Virus record (IMG/VR): IMGVR_UViG_2974731955_000001 | Location: 1-64,000 of that record | Direction: 5' to 3' (one strand) | DNA length: 64,000 nucleotides | From: a virus | Lineage: Duplodnaviria > Caudoviricetes | In this document: piece by piece, positions 20,819 through 31,225 of the stretch | How the letters are laid out: every line of letters starts with the position of its first letter | How positions within the stretch are numbered: the stretch's first letter is position 1 | Program-made: the position numbers and the translations under genes | The notes under the pieces: generated by a model | What the model was told of the DNA's origin: nothing | Database searches by the model: none | What the model saw: only the letters and a program-made list of their open reading frames with translations

Positions 20819-23383
20819 CTATTTTTTAGATTTAGATTCACCAACTACTTTATTTTTTAAAGCAGTCTTTGCTTTTAATTGTTCTCTCTTATAAGCTGCA
20901 TCATCTTTCATCTTCTGCAACCTCTTAGCCTCTTGCAATTTTCTATTCTCAAGAGCTATTTTCTCTTTTTCGATTGTAGCTTTTAACTTGTCAGCTTTTT
21001 CTTGTGCAGCAATTTTGCGCTTTTCAAGTTCTTTCTTATTTTCTTCAGCTCTAGCTTTATTAGCTAAATCCATTTGTTTGCTCATAGCATCAGATACAGC
21101 TTTTTGTCTAGCTATTTCTTGATTACCAATCTCAATAGGATCTGGTATACCATTCATATCCTGATCCATATTCTCAGATCCTCTATAAGCATTTAATTGA
21201 GCTACAGTAATCTTAGTAGCATTGTCTTGATCAATCTTATATTTAGTAAGATCAAGTTCAGCTTCTTTAAGCATAAGTTCTTCTTCCTTAACTTGATTCT
21301 GCATTTCAACAAGCTGTTGCTGTTGTTGATTTTCTTGCTCTTGCATTGCTTGTTGTTGCTCCAATCTGTTGTTTTCTATATCTTGTAATTTGGATTTGAT
21401 TACACTTAAATTGTCGCTAGTAAATATTTCAGCAGCATCTAATAATGATGCACCATTTTGCATAGCTGGCTGTACAAGACTCTTAAGTTGTTCAATGGCT
21501 TGACTTTCTTTAGTACTATCGGTTACAAAAATATCAAAGTCTTCATATGACCAATTATCATCCATTCTTAAGAATGTTCTAGTACCTTCATCAAATATAT
21601 AATTTAAGTATTTCTTGTCATCTTTCCATGCAAACTTAGCACTATCTAATAACATTGACAATACGTGCGTTTTAATCTGATTGTGCAACCAAAACCACGG
21701 TTCAGTGATATGAGCAGATTGAACTACAGATCTTTCTACATTACCCACTAACTCATTACTAGAAATAGATCCTTGTCTTTGCTTTGTTACTCCGGACAAT
21801 TCAGACACCATTTCTTCAATCTTTGCAAGTAATTGAATGTACGTATTAATAGTATTAGACATACTTGCATCAATAGAAGTCCACTGATTGTATGGTGATG
21901 GTTTACCACCCTCTCTACCAGGGATATCCCAACCTTCTTCGTATGGATTAACAAATGCTACACCAAGTGCTCCTAAGTAATGCATCCACTTATCTACATC
22001 TATACCCATACTCTTAGGTATTTGAGTAACATCTATCACAGGTATCTTACCTTTATCCCTAGCTATTGCCATTTCAAGACGATACCAGAGTATGATATAC
22101 ATGTATTGTAATGGTTTCATGATAGCAACTAATGATTTAGCTTTAGTATTTGTATTACTATAAGCTGCACCAGTGTATGGTAATTTAGCACTATTTAAAT
22201 TGTCTCCTCTACGGAATTGGTACTCTAATGGTTGCATACCAAAGTAAAGATCATCCCCTGCTCTATATCCTTCCCATGCTTCAATGATCCATTTCCATTC
22301 AACATTGATCTCTTCACCAGTAGGTTTATAATATTCATCTACTTGTATTTCATCTGGCATACCTGTCTCAGGATCTATTATTGTAACAAACCCTATCTTT
22401 TTAAGTGATTTCCAGCATACATGATAAACTACAATGTTATCTGGATCTCCATAAGGATTATGGTCTGGTAATTTATTGTATGATTTTAAGTTATAATGAA
22501 CAAAATCATCTACTGGACTTTTGTCTGGACCAAATCCAGATGTAGGTTTTTGATCTACTATTTCTAACAATTCATTTAATTGCTTTTCATCCAGTTTATC
22601 ATAAAACTGATCATATATTTGGCTCCATGACATTAATGATCTATAACAACACCAAGATGCATCATGAATAAATTCAATGCCTTCTTCTGCAGGATACTTA
22701 AAATCTTTAGGATTGATTCTTTTAATAACTGGTTCACCATTTCTAATTCCTATGTAATACTCTTCAAGTCCTGCAACAAGTGCATCTTTAAAGCCTTTCA
22801 TAAATTCATGAGAAATGTTTTCTTTCTTAAGTAAGAATAATAAGCTTTGATATGCTGTTGTTTCTGCTGCATCTTTGTAATCCTTTGTTAAATACTTCTG
22901 TATTTGTTCTGGTGTTTGAATTTCGCCTGTTTGTAATCCTTCTTGAAATCTAGCTTGATCTTCTGGGCTTAATTTAGCAAGCATAGCAGCTTGCATATAA
23001 TTCAACAGCATCTGTTTAGCTTTGTCTTGTACTTCACTACTAGCAATATCACTAGTACGGCACACTCTAAAGTTAAATGGACGTTTTGTTTCTTCACCTA
23101 ATAATAGATCTACTTTTGGACGTATGATATTATAATCCTGTGCCATTGCTGGAAAGCCATCATCTTGATTGAAAGGATTTGTAACATACTTTAGGTCTTT
23201 TTCATTGTATATACTATTATATAAATCATAATAGCTTTGCATTTCTTCTTCATCAGGTATACTTTCGGACGAAGCTATGCCAGATATTCCAATAATGTAA
23301 TCCACGCAGTCTTTTCGCCATTCTTCGGTTTTTTTACTGAGTGGTAGTCTTTGGATAGGAAATGAGTTGACTGTTCTTTCCAT
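20819..23383 (-). CDS. Portal protein
   Basis: 854 aa after terminase; YNIIRPKVDLLLGEE, SGVTKQRQG, C-terminal coiled coil. Confidence 0.9.
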   Translation of the reverse strand: MERTVNSFPIQRLPLSKKTEEWRKDCVDYIIGISGIASSESIPDEEEMQSYYDLYNSIYNEKDLKYVTNPFNQDDGFPAMAQDYNIIRPKVDLLLGEETKRPFNFRVCRTSDIASSEVQDKAKQMLLNYMQAAMLAKLSPEDQARFQEGLQTGEIQTPEQIQKYLTKDYKDAAETTAYQSLLFLLKKENISHEFMKGFKDALVAGLEEYYIGIRNGEPVIKRINPKDFKYPAEEGIEFIHDASWCCYRSLMSWSQIYDQFYDKLDEKQLNELLEIVDQKPTSGFGPDKSPVDDFVHYNLKSYNKLPDHNPYGDPDNIVVYHVCWKSLKKIGFVTIIDPETGMPDEIQVDEYYKPTGEEINVEWKWIIEAWEGYRAGDDLYFGMQPLEYQFRRGDNLNSAKLPYTGAAYSNTNTKAKSLVAIMKPLQYMYIILWYRLEMAIARDKGKIPVIDVTQIPKSMGIDVDKWMHYLGALGVAFVNPYEEGWDIPGREGGKPSPYNQWTSIDASMSNTINTYIQLLAKIEEMVSELSGVTKQRQGSISSNELVGNVERSVVQSAHITEPWFWLHNQIKTHVLSMLLDSAKFAWKDDKKYLNYIFDEGTRTFLRMDDNWSYEDFDIFVTDSTKESQAIEQLKSLVQPAMQNGASLLDAAEIFTSDNLSVIKSKLQDIENNRLEQQQAMQEQENQQQQQLVEMQNQVKEEELMLKEAELDLTKYKIDQDNATKITVAQLNAYRGSENMDQDMNGIPDPIEIGNQEIARQKAVSDAMSKQMDLANKARAEENKKELEKRKIAAQEKADKLKATIEKEKIALENRKLQEAKRLQKMKDDAAYKREQLKAKTALKNKVVGESKSKK

Positions 23384-23384
23384 A

Positions 23385-25448
23385 TTAATTAGTAAACATA
23401 AATGTGGTTGTGTTATTATTTAAAGGCGTGAATGTAAATGAATCATCTGTATTTTTAAACAACGGTTTATCAAACAATCTCATTTTCTTTTCAACATCCT
23501 CTTTCTTCTTTACTTGTATATTATACAATTGTTCTCTATAGACCATTACCTGCATAAATGCCATAACCCTATCAAAGTTTCCTTTGTCATTATATTGAAT
23601 AAGTTCCTCTAGAAATGGTTCAGACAATACAGTATTTAAACCTAATTGTTTTTGATCCCTAAGTTCTTCTAGCCATTCTTTAATCTTACCTTCTCCCCAA
23701 AGTTTGATTTCTCTATTCATATGACATCCTTTTCGTCTATTTACTGTAGAATTATTAACAATATCTTTAATGATGTCTGGTTGATCAGCAAGTAAATGGC
23801 TACAATGTTTGTTATTGAAATAAGTAAATAAACCAGTGTTCTGGTTTTCTACCATTGCTTTTGCATTATAGTAAATAAGTAACTTACGAACATTTTCATA
23901 AAACTCTTCAGCAGTTTTTGGCCTACCTGTATATTCTGCTACAATGATATCTGAATATGATTCAAAGTCTTGAAAACGTTTATATATAAAACAAGAACCT
24001 AATGAATTAGTACCTGATTGATCGTGATCATATGGGTCAATACCAGCTATATATAAACCAAATGGTGCATCTTTAACTGGGTGTTCCCATATAACTATTT
24101 TACCAGTAGGGTCAGAATTCTTTGGTAATGGGAATTCGGTTATGTCTCCTGTTTTCTGTATATTCCAAATTATCTCTCCATTAACTAGAGTAAGAGTACC
24201 TACTTGTTTATGATTCTGTAACTTAGTGTTAGTTCTTATCCTTGCTAATTGTTTTTGTAATTCTTTCTTTGGAAATATGTTACCAGATAATTCAGTAAAT
24301 GCTTCAGCTGGAGATTCAGAGTGTTCTGCTACGTATCTATCTATTTGTTGAGAACTAGTAGCCTCCTTTAATTCCTCTTCACGTAAATTTAAAATAAACT
24401 GTCTTGCTTTTTCATGAAGAGTATTACCATCTTCATCCATGTACAATCGCTTACCATTCTCATCACGTATATCCAAATTAGTATGTTGAGGTATAAAGAA
24501 CCCACATTCTTTACTCTGGATGCCATCATCCCATATATTTTCAAAACCTATACAGTTATATGATTTAGGATTATAAAATGCTTCACGTAATGTCATTACT
24601 GCAGGACCTTCATCACCACCAGTACCAAACATAATCATCAGACCAAAGGCAACACCATCTTGTTCTACAGATGGTCTAGCAATTTGCCATGCAGCTTTAA
24701 GTTCTGGGAAAGTACCTGCCTCTTCCCAGAGTATTAACATACCTGCTTTACCACGTACAGCATCTGGGTTATCTTTCAATGATACACCTATTATCTCTGA
24801 TTTATAACCAACTTCAATTTTATTACCAAAATTATCAGTTACAATCATAGAAGCTCTACGACGCATGCTAGTATTTACAGCTTGTCGTTTCTTACCCCAT
24901 GCTGTATTTTCATCTATGAAGTCCATGTAATCCCAAGCCTTAGTAAGGATACCATCATCAGTAAGATACTGTTTATTTGATGCATATACATAAGACTTAG
25001 AACCAGGTATCAAAAAGAAATTACGACAAAGCATAGAACCACCTTTATAGGAATAACCCTTACGTCTAGCTTTTGCTACACACAAGTGTTTACCTTGATC
25101 TTGTGCACTTTCAATAGCTTGAAAATAGTAGTAATCATAATCATAAAAGTCTGGAAATGCTAATTCTCTTACTTTGATTAACTCTTCTTGCCCTTGTTTA
25201 TTCTTTTTATTTTTATATACAATTCTTTGAATTGGGCAATAGTTTAAATAAAAATAGTTATACCCAGTGATGTAGTCCCCATCATCTGCAGTATAACCAT
25301 TAATGCATCTATCGGCCTCTGTTTCCCAAAAATTGAAATACTCTGATGTACCTTTTGGGAAGGAACAATAAGACCCCGACTCTATATAAGTTAGCGCCGG
25401 GGTTCTGAATTTATTAGAATTTTTGATTTTCTTTGTGAAATCAATCAT
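23385..25448 (-). CDS. terL: Terminase large subunit
   Basis: KARRKGYSY Walker A, ILWEEAG Walker B, GTGG, AGIDPYD and NFDRVMA nuclease motifs. Confidence 0.95.
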   Translation of the reverse strand: MIDFTKKIKNSNKFRTPALTYIESGSYCSFPKGTSEYFNFWETEADRCINGYTADDGDYITGYNYFYLNYCPIQRIVYKNKKNKQGQEELIKVRELAFPDFYDYDYYYFQAIESAQDQGKHLCVAKARRKGYSYKGGSMLCRNFFLIPGSKSYVYASNKQYLTDDGILTKAWDYMDFIDENTAWGKKRQAVNTSMRRRASMIVTDNFGNKIEVGYKSEIIGVSLKDNPDAVRGKAGMLILWEEAGTFPELKAAWQIARPSVEQDGVAFGLMIMFGTGGDEGPAVMTLREAFYNPKSYNCIGFENIWDDGIQSKECGFFIPQHTNLDIRDENGKRLYMDEDGNTLHEKARQFILNLREEELKEATSSQQIDRYVAEHSESPAEAFTELSGNIFPKKELQKQLARIRTNTKLQNHKQVGTLTLVNGEIIWNIQKTGDITEFPLPKNSDPTGKIVIWEHPVKDAPFGLYIAGIDPYDHDQSGTNSLGSCFIYKRFQDFESYSDIIVAEYTGRPKTAEEFYENVRKLLIYYNAKAMVENQNTGLFTYFNNKHCSHLLADQPDIIKDIVNNSTVNRRKGCHMNREIKLWGEGKIKEWLEELRDQKQLGLNTVLSEPFLEELIQYNDKGNFDRVMAFMQVMVYREQLYNIQVKKKEDVEKKMRLFDKPLFKNTDDSFTFTPLNNNTTTFMFTN

Positions 25449-25451
25449 AAA

Positions 25452-25670
25452 TTACTTTCTTCGTTTAAACAGGTTCTTAATTTTCTGCCATAAACTAGTT
25501 TTAGTAGTGTGATTATTTTCTGTTTTTTCATCCATGTGTGATATAGCATAAGCAGCAGCTTCAGCTAAATCTCTTTCTTGCTCTGCTTTCATGTTGTTAT
25601 ATACCTCAGTAAAGTCAAAAATAATCATTGTCGGTTTAGTATTCTTTTTACTAGTTTTAGTCTTAGCCAT
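25452..25670 (-). CDS. Hypothetical protein
   Basis: 72 aa ORF in operon. Confidence 0.6.
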   Translation of the reverse strand: MAKTKTSKKNTKPTMIIFDFTEVYNNMKAEQERDLAEAAAYAISHMDEKTENNHTTKTSLWQKIKNLFKRRK

Positions 25671-25735
25671 AATTGCAATTTCTTTAAGCCCTTAACGGGC
25701 AGGTTTTTATAATGTCTTTTATTGTGTCGTAGTTT

Positions 25736-26272
25736 CTACAACTTCTTTTTTGGTAATTCAAATGGGTTCATTTCTCCACCGCCTCTAACTTTGCTATTCT
25801 TAATCTCTTCTGCTCTTACTTGAGATTTAAGTTTCACAATAGATTCTATTACTCCGGCCATGTTCTTAGCACCATCTGTAAGTTTCTTAATAGAATCTAA
25901 ATCCATTTCATCGTCTTTAGATAAGTGATAGTATTTAGCAGCACCTTCAAGTTTCAATAGTAATCCATCTAACATATACTCAAGTAAGGAGTATGTTCTA
26001 CTTTTCCAACTATCTTCTGCTTGTATTACTATTTCTGGTAATTCATAGTTTTCATCTCCAAATAGTTCTTTCTTTAATGTAGGTTCTATTAGATCTCTCT
26101 CCATAGTTTCTACGTAAGGAGAATCGTATTTGTTTTTAAGTACTATGTACCATAAATATTTCGTTGCTAAATCTTTATCTTTGAATGAATCCCAAAGTTT
26201 TTTGAATGGTGGGATAGCCAACATATCTGGATGTATGACTACTTGTCCACCAACTATATCTGCTAAATTCAT
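25736..26272 (-). CDS. Conserved protein, possible terminase small subunit
   Basis: Helical 178 aa protein upstream of terL; function inferred from position only. Confidence 0.45.
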   Translation of the reverse strand: MNLADIVGGQVVIHPDMLAIPPFKKLWDSFKDKDLATKYLWYIVLKNKYDSPYVETMERDLIEPTLKKELFGDENYELPEIVIQAEDSWKSRTYSLLEYMLDGLLLKLEGAAKYYHLSKDDEMDLDSIKKLTDGAKNMAGVIESIVKLKSQVRAEEIKNSKVRGGGEMNPFELPKKKL

Positions 26273-26274
26273 TT

Positions 26275-26637
26275 TTAGGCTTCCTTAACACAAGCTTCGC
26301 AACAATCGCAACCCTTCATATTACGATTTTGATCGTATTCTTTATTCAATTTATAATTATTATAAAAATCTTCATTTCTCATAATAACAAAATCTCTAAC
26401 TTTTCTTCTATCTTTAACCGGTACTTCTTTTTCTCTATAACCAGCATAGAGAACCAATATTACATCACCAGCTTTTACATCATATTCTTTTTCATTAGCT
26501 ACAAAGGTACCATCTTCCTCAATTACCCAAGCCCAATCAATATTTAAGTAATGATTACTAATAGTATCAAAATTCTTAATATCGTTATCCTTCATTGTTA
26601 ACAATGAGCTGTCACCTGTATAAATATACGTATTCAT
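26275..26637 (-). CDS. Hypothetical protein
   Basis: 120 aa ORF, Cys-rich tail. Confidence 0.6.
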   Translation of the reverse strand: MNTYIYTGDSSLLTMKDNDIKNFDTISNHYLNIDWAWVIEEDGTFVANEKEYDVKAGDVILVLYAGYREKEVPVKDRRKVRDFVIMRNEDFYNNYKLNKEYDQNRNMKGCDCCEACVKEA

Positions 26638-26638
26638 A

Positions 26639-26803
26639 TTAATCTAAATTTATTTTAATGTATCTGTTTTTATAATGTCTATTCAATGCATCTACTGCTT
26701 CTTGTTTAGTATAAAATGCATTAACATACTCTGGATTTTTACTGTACTGATTGATTATCTCCTTCAGTTGCTCCGCTTTCTCGTCCCTGTTCTGCATTCT
26801 CAT
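26639..26803 (-). CDS. Small hypothetical protein overlapping dUTPase 3' end
   Basis: Track ORF 26639-26842; start uncertain (MRMQNRDEK). Confidence 0.45.
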   Translation of the reverse strand: MRMQNRDEKAEQLKEIINQYSKNPEYVNAFYTKQEAVDALNRHYKNRYIKINLD

Positions 26804-28178
26804 TTTCTTCTTTATTATCAGTTGAACCAAATCCACCACCACGATCTTCGCCTGCTAATTCCTCTACAATTACAGGCTCCATCTTCGGATAAGGCATTAC
26901 TACTAACTGAGCAATCTTTTCACCTGGTTGATAGATTGTAGGAAGAGCATCTGTAGTAATCTTGAATTTAACAAGAATCTCACCTTTATAACCCTTTATT
27001 AAGGTGTTGTTATATTATAAGGCTCTTTATCCTTATATTTCTACAGTTTCAATTTGTTATATCTGTAGTTCGGACTATATCATCACCGCTAAGCGGGCAG
27101 GGCACTCGTGTCAGCATTACTGTCCTCAGTAAGGACTCGGCTATTAGTCTCTGAACCTTCAAGAATGTTACCATTCAAGCTTGGCTGCTGATTGACCTCT
27201 TCAGGCTTTTCCAGCAATTCACCCCGTTTTAAGACTGCAGTTAATTTACCAGTTTTAGGATCTCTAATTTGAATACCTTCTAACATATGAATTGTTTTAT
27301 GTTCTGATCTAGTTACTGGCATTAAATTTTCTATTCTATTATCATTGTGATCGCCGTTTATGTGATGCACATTGATTTTTCTTTTTAAATAGTACTTTCC
27401 ATCAATAATTTCAAAGTATTTATTATTAAATAAATAATAATATTCTTCTATGATCAATCTGTGTTTGAGAACTCTATTGTTTCTATCCTTATTTGGATGT
27501 TCTGGACAATAAACTTTTATATCAACTAATTTATGATTGTTCCTCGTTAATTCTTTTCCTTTAAAAGAAGCGTTTAAGTCCCCTTTTAATCCAAATTGGT
27601 GATTACCTTTTCCTAGATACAAAGTTTCTTTAAGTTTATTTGCACATTTTGTACTACAAAGAGAATGTTTATTTTTGTTAATCCAAGACTGTTTTCTATG
27701 AAATTTCTTACCACATATTTCACATGTGCAATTTAGTTCTCCTTTTAAACTATCATGTTGACATTTGCTACTACAATACTTAGCTGTATTTGTTCTAGAA
27801 GGTTTTACTTTGAACGTTTTACCACAAATTTTACAAATTAATTCCATTTTATAAATTCTTTTTGTAGAAAACGTAAGAAAATACTATGGGTTCTATTGAT
27901 ATGTATTAAAATACAATCAAAATTTTACAGTCTATAACACCTACAGCATTACACATTGACATAGATCTCTGAGAAATAGACGATCTCATAAAGATCAAAC
28001 CCACATGACCTTCAGGAATCTCTACTGACAAACCTGTATGATATACTAATACTAACTTACCACTCTTATCAAATTCTTGAGTAAAGGAGACTGCTGTTAA
28101 ATCTAATCCAGCATCATTAGGATTAGCGTAACTGGGTAATACTGCGTCTTCTTGTAATTTCTTAAATTTTAATTCCAT
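26739..28178 (-). CDS. dut: dUTPase, two exons (28178-27927 + 26993-26739), 168 aa spliced
   Basis: Motifs AGLDL, RSS, GVIDC|GYKGEI (motif III split by intron), KIAQL, RGGGFGST. Confidence 0.93.
27089..27847 (-). CDS. Intron-encoded HNH endonuclease
   Basis: Two CxxCGK zinc repeats; KHRLI..VHHINGDHNDNRIENL...EHKTIH. Confidence 0.9.
   Translation of the reverse strand: MELICKICGKTFKVKPSRTNTAKYCSSKCQHDSLKGELNCTCEICGKKFHRKQSWINKNKHSLCSTKCANKLKETLYLGKGNHQFGLKGDLNASFKGKELTRNNHKLVDIKVYCPEHPNKDRNNRVLKHRLIIEEYYYLFNNKYFEIIDGKYYLKRKINVHHINGDHNDNRIENLMPVTRSEHKTIHMLEGIQIRDPKTGKLTAVLKRGELLEKPEEVNQQPSLNGNILEGSETNSRVLTEDSNADTSALPA
27870..27894 (-). promoter_or_regulatory. ECF-type promoter for intron HNH gene
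   Basis: AGAAC-N16-CGTT. Confidence 0.68.
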
Positions 28179-28264
28179 ATTATTTTCTTACTATATTGTT
28201 TCCTAATATTATTTCTGTCATTTGAGCTGCTAGATTTGCGGCATAATCTTCTACAAATTGACTT

Positions 28265-28630
28265 TCATTTACCTTTGATTGAATCTGTAGTAATAACTTT
28301 ACTATTAGTGCTTGATTTGCTAGTATTTGATCTAATTTTTCTTCCATGCTTTGCATAATATAACATAGCTATTGCATTAAAACACATTGCGGCTTCATGT
28401 CTCACTTTGGTTTCCTCATCAAATTCTTTAGTTTCTGCAGCATACAAATGTCTAAGAAGAGCACCTTTGTAACGTTCGTAACCGTTTTCTAAATTCTGCC
28501 ACGTATTTTCACCATATTTCTTAGCACCCTCTGTATACACTCTAGCGATATCTTCCAGACAATCCAGTGGTATTAACTCCCATCTTGTTTTATCATCTAT
28601 ACGATCGTTCTTTCTTGCTTTATCTTCCAT
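28265..28630 (-). CDS. DUF5664-like dATP/dGTP diphosphohydrolase domain protein
   Basis: KTRWELIP..LEDIARVYTEGAKKYG..W..ALLRHL..DEETKVRH...FNA; likely start MEDKARK. Confidence 0.75.
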   Translation of the reverse strand: MEDKARKNDRIDDKTRWELIPLDCLEDIARVYTEGAKKYGENTWQNLENGYERYKGALLRHLYAAETKEFDEETKVRHEAAMCFNAIAMLYYAKHGRKIRSNTSKSSTNSKVITTDSIKGK

Positions 28631-29267
28631 AGTACTTATCATAAAGTTTGTCAAAAATGACGGGTATTTGTTCATGTAATTGTTTAAGTAAATCCAGAGC
28701 CAATACTCTAATATCTGGATGAGCTGCAGTAGAACATCTAAGAGTTAAGAAATGTAGCCACTCCCTTAAATTTGCTTTACAATTAATTTCAGTCTTAGTA
28801 GCATTTGGTAATATTTCTCTAGCTTCCTGTGCTAAGAAACCTCTTTTGTTTATTAAGTTATTGTAATAACTCTCACAATCTGCTAAATACTTTCTAAAAT
28901 CTTCTTTGTCTATTTCATCCTCTGATTGATTATACCAAGTAGGTAATATAAAAGTAATTTCATTGTTAAATTTATCTTTACTATAATTGCAATATCTTTG
29001 ACTTTCCATCGCAAATGACATCAATCTGTGTCTAACTATTTCGTGACTTATTGATCTACTACAGATAAATTTCACAGTAACGTCAGCAAATTCAATCATT
29101 GCAAAATGGTTAGAATTAATTAATCTTTCTACTAAAGCTTTGTCGGATTCTGGAGTACTAGAAGCTTCTGACTTGTAGCAAGTTCTAGCAACAGCAGCAA
29201 TACGATTGATTATTTCCTCACCATTCAACTTATCAAGTATTTTTACTTCAGACTTAATTAATTTCAT
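28620..29267 (-). CDS. thyX: Flavin-dependent thymidylate synthase
   Basis: ARTCYKS, HFAMIEF, HEIVRHRLMSFAMESQRY, AREILP, NLREWLHF..LR..AHP. Confidence 0.95.
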   Translation of the reverse strand: MKLIKSEVKILDKLNGEEIINRIAAVARTCYKSEASSTPESDKALVERLINSNHFAMIEFADVTVKFICSRSISHEIVRHRLMSFAMESQRYCNYSKDKFNNEITFILPTWYNQSEDEIDKEDFRKYLADCESYYNNLINKRGFLAQEAREILPNATKTEINCKANLREWLHFLTLRCSTAAHPDIRVLALDLLKQLHEQIPVIFDKLYDKYYGR

Positions 29268-29686
29268 TTGACTTTCCTTTTGTTTCTATATTGTATATAA
29301 TCATCCAATTGTTCTACACACCATGTAACTAAGTAAGCATATTGTTCATTTCCTTCATTATATCCTTCAGCATTCATTTTTAAGAAGTCATATACAGCAT
29401 CTGCATAGTGTATAGATTCATGAGCTAACGTTGAACTAGAGTAATCACCAATTAATATTAGTATACCAATGGCTCTTGTATTCTTTTCTCTTACCAAGTA
29501 AGTTGCAGCTGATGCATTTACTGGTTTGCTTGGTCCACCATTTACTTCATCATTTCTAAGATTATCTGTAGTTATAAAAAAGTCAAAGAAATTATTTACA
29601 TCATCCCAATCATCAATTAAGGCTACATATAAATTAATCGGATACAGATTCTGATATAGAAATGCTTTTGTCTTTTTGTTTTTCAT
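29264..29686 (-). CDS. HExxH zincin-like protein
   Basis: LAHESIH...NEQYAYL; likely start MKNKKT. Confidence 0.6.
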   Translation of the reverse strand: MKNKKTKAFLYQNLYPINLYVALIDDWDDVNNFFDFFITTDNLRNDEVNGGPSKPVNASAATYLVREKNTRAIGILILIGDYSSSTLAHESIHYADAVYDFLKMNAEGYNEGNEQYAYLVTWCVEQLDDYIQYRNKRKVK

Positions 29687-29873
29687 ATTTTTTCTTAGGT
29701 TTGATTTTGAATAAGTAACCAAACATTATAGCTTTCATATCATCTTCGTTGGATATTATTCTATTTGCAAATCTAAAAGGATAGTTACATATTACTTCTA
29801 TTACTTGATGTGGAATATTGTATTTATTTGCCAATTGTACATAAATACTAGAAGTCTTTTCCTTTTGAATCAT
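29634..29873 (-). CDS. HU/IHF-like small DNA-binding protein
   Basis: Helix-helix then IMFGYLFKIKPKK strand pattern; basic. Confidence 0.5.
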   Translation of the reverse strand: MIQKEKTSSIYVQLANKYNIPHQVIEVICNYPFRFANRIISNEDDMKAIMFGYLFKIKPKKKYEKQKDKSISISESVSD

Positions 29874-30258
29874 ATAATACTTTATAGTATTTGTTCTGGA
29901 GTAATCCAGAGATAGAGAAGTTTGAAGAATTAATGGTTGATGGTCTTACTGAATTTATAATAGTAAACATATCATCCATCTTACTATTGTTAGACACAAA
30001 CTCTGTGGCTACTAATTTTAATTCTTCTTTCTCCTTTTTGCTATATTGTTTAATAGGTTCTAAGAAGATGTATCTTTCTTCATCAGGTACTTTAACATTC
30101 GTGAGTTCTACAAATATCGAACTATTGTCATAATATATTTTGTATTCATTGAATGGTAATTCCTTTTTTGTAATCTTACTCCATAATTGTTTAAAGAAAC
30201 CATAATTCTTATAGATGCATATAGAACCTGCTTTAATATCTAAACGCTTTGCTTTCAT
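29848..30258 (-). CDS. Hypothetical protein
   Basis: 136 aa ORF in operon. Confidence 0.6.
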   Translation of the reverse strand: MKAKRLDIKAGSICIYKNYGFFKQLWSKITKKELPFNEYKIYYDNSSIFVELTNVKVPDEERYIFLEPIKQYSKKEKEELKLVATEFVSNNSKMDDMFTIINSVRPSTINSSNFSISGLLQNKYYKVLYDSKGKDF

Positions 30259-30620
30259 TTTATTTTCAGTATTATCGTCAATTGTAAACGATCTCCAATT
30301 ATGATTGGTATCAGAGCCTTATTTACACTAAGTTCGTCTTCAGCAGGTCCAGCTATTAAAATACCTTTCTCTTTGAAAGACTTAATGTATCTACTTAGGT
30401 TATCCTTAGTAATACCTAAATTATCGATAATGTATTTTCTATTAACTCTGTTGGCTACATTCTTATTAGTATTTGGTTCTTTAACATATTCCATATCTAA
30501 TTTAATAAGTGTTGCCATTAATTCAAGTTCTCTATCGGTTAACCTAAGTATGCCATTAAGTGCTCGTAAAAACTCTGGTATCAATTCATGGTTTGATACG
30601 GTTTTTACTAATTTATTCAT
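30255..30620 (-). CDS. Winged-helix DNA-binding protein
   Basis: LTDRELEL...LGITKDNLSRYIKSFKEKGIL. Confidence 0.7.
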   Translation of the reverse strand: MNKLVKTVSNHELIPEFLRALNGILRLTDRELELMATLIKLDMEYVKEPNTNKNVANRVNRKYIIDNLGITKDNLSRYIKSFKEKGILIAGPAEDELSVNKALIPIIIGDRLQLTIILKIK

Positions 30621-31026
30621 TTATAATAGCTTCGAATTTATTTAACAATTTCATCATGTTAAAGTATACAGTGTCGTGCTCTACCTTTACACATGTTTGA
30701 ATTTTGCCATCATTATATTTCTTTTCGATGTTAGCCTTACGTTGATTATAAGTATTCTTTAATTGAGCAATTAATTGAGCTACTTTCTTAATCTTATTAA
30801 GATTATCATCATCAGGATCTTTAGTATTTGAAATTGGTTCTAATAAACCAGACTTTGCATACTCTTCGGCCATATCTGTATTAAATGCTACTCTTGTAAA
30901 AGAGTAAAAATCATTCATTCCAGTCGATAGTTCATTTTCAAACTTGAAAATATCACCATCTAATTTCAAAACATCACCTACCTTCAAAGTACCAAAAGGT
31001 TTAATTACTTTATATTCTGTAACCAT
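30613..31026 (-). CDS. Hypothetical protein
   Basis: 137 aa ORF in operon. Confidence 0.6.
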   Translation of the reverse strand: MVTEYKVIKPFGTLKVGDVLKLDGDIFKFENELSTGMNDFYSFTRVAFNTDMAEEYAKSGLLEPISNTKDPDDDNLNKIKKVAQLIAQLKNTYNQRKANIEKKYNDGKIQTCVKVEHDTVYFNMMKLLNKFEAIINE

Positions 31027-31221
31027 TTATTTTATAATATTTAAAATTTGTTTCATTTTATCCTCACCTATCTTTCTAGTAGAAATAGTAGTCTCTATTC
31101 CAAGTCCAGAACAAGGATCTTTCCAAGCTTTACACACTTTACAGTATTCCTTACTCTTACGTTTAGAATCAAATGGACATTTATCTTTAACTGATGTGAT
31201 AGTTATTCGGTAATCTGACAT
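31027..31221 (-). CDS. Small Cys-rich hypothetical protein
   Basis: 64 aa with four Cys. Confidence 0.55.
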   Translation of the reverse strand: MSDYRITITSVKDKCPFDSKRKSKEYCKVCKAWKDPCSGLGIETTISTRKIGEDKMKQILNIIK

Positions 31222-31225
31222 AGTG

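Larger units (their letters stand above)
26994..27926 (-). mobile_element. Group I intron in dut (933 nt)
   Basis: GAATTGCTGGAAA, AATCAGCAGCC, GTTCAGAGACTA, ATGATATAGTCC. IGS GCAGTCT (27238-27232) pairs exon AGACTGT with U.G at the splice site; terminal G. Confidence 0.92.
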
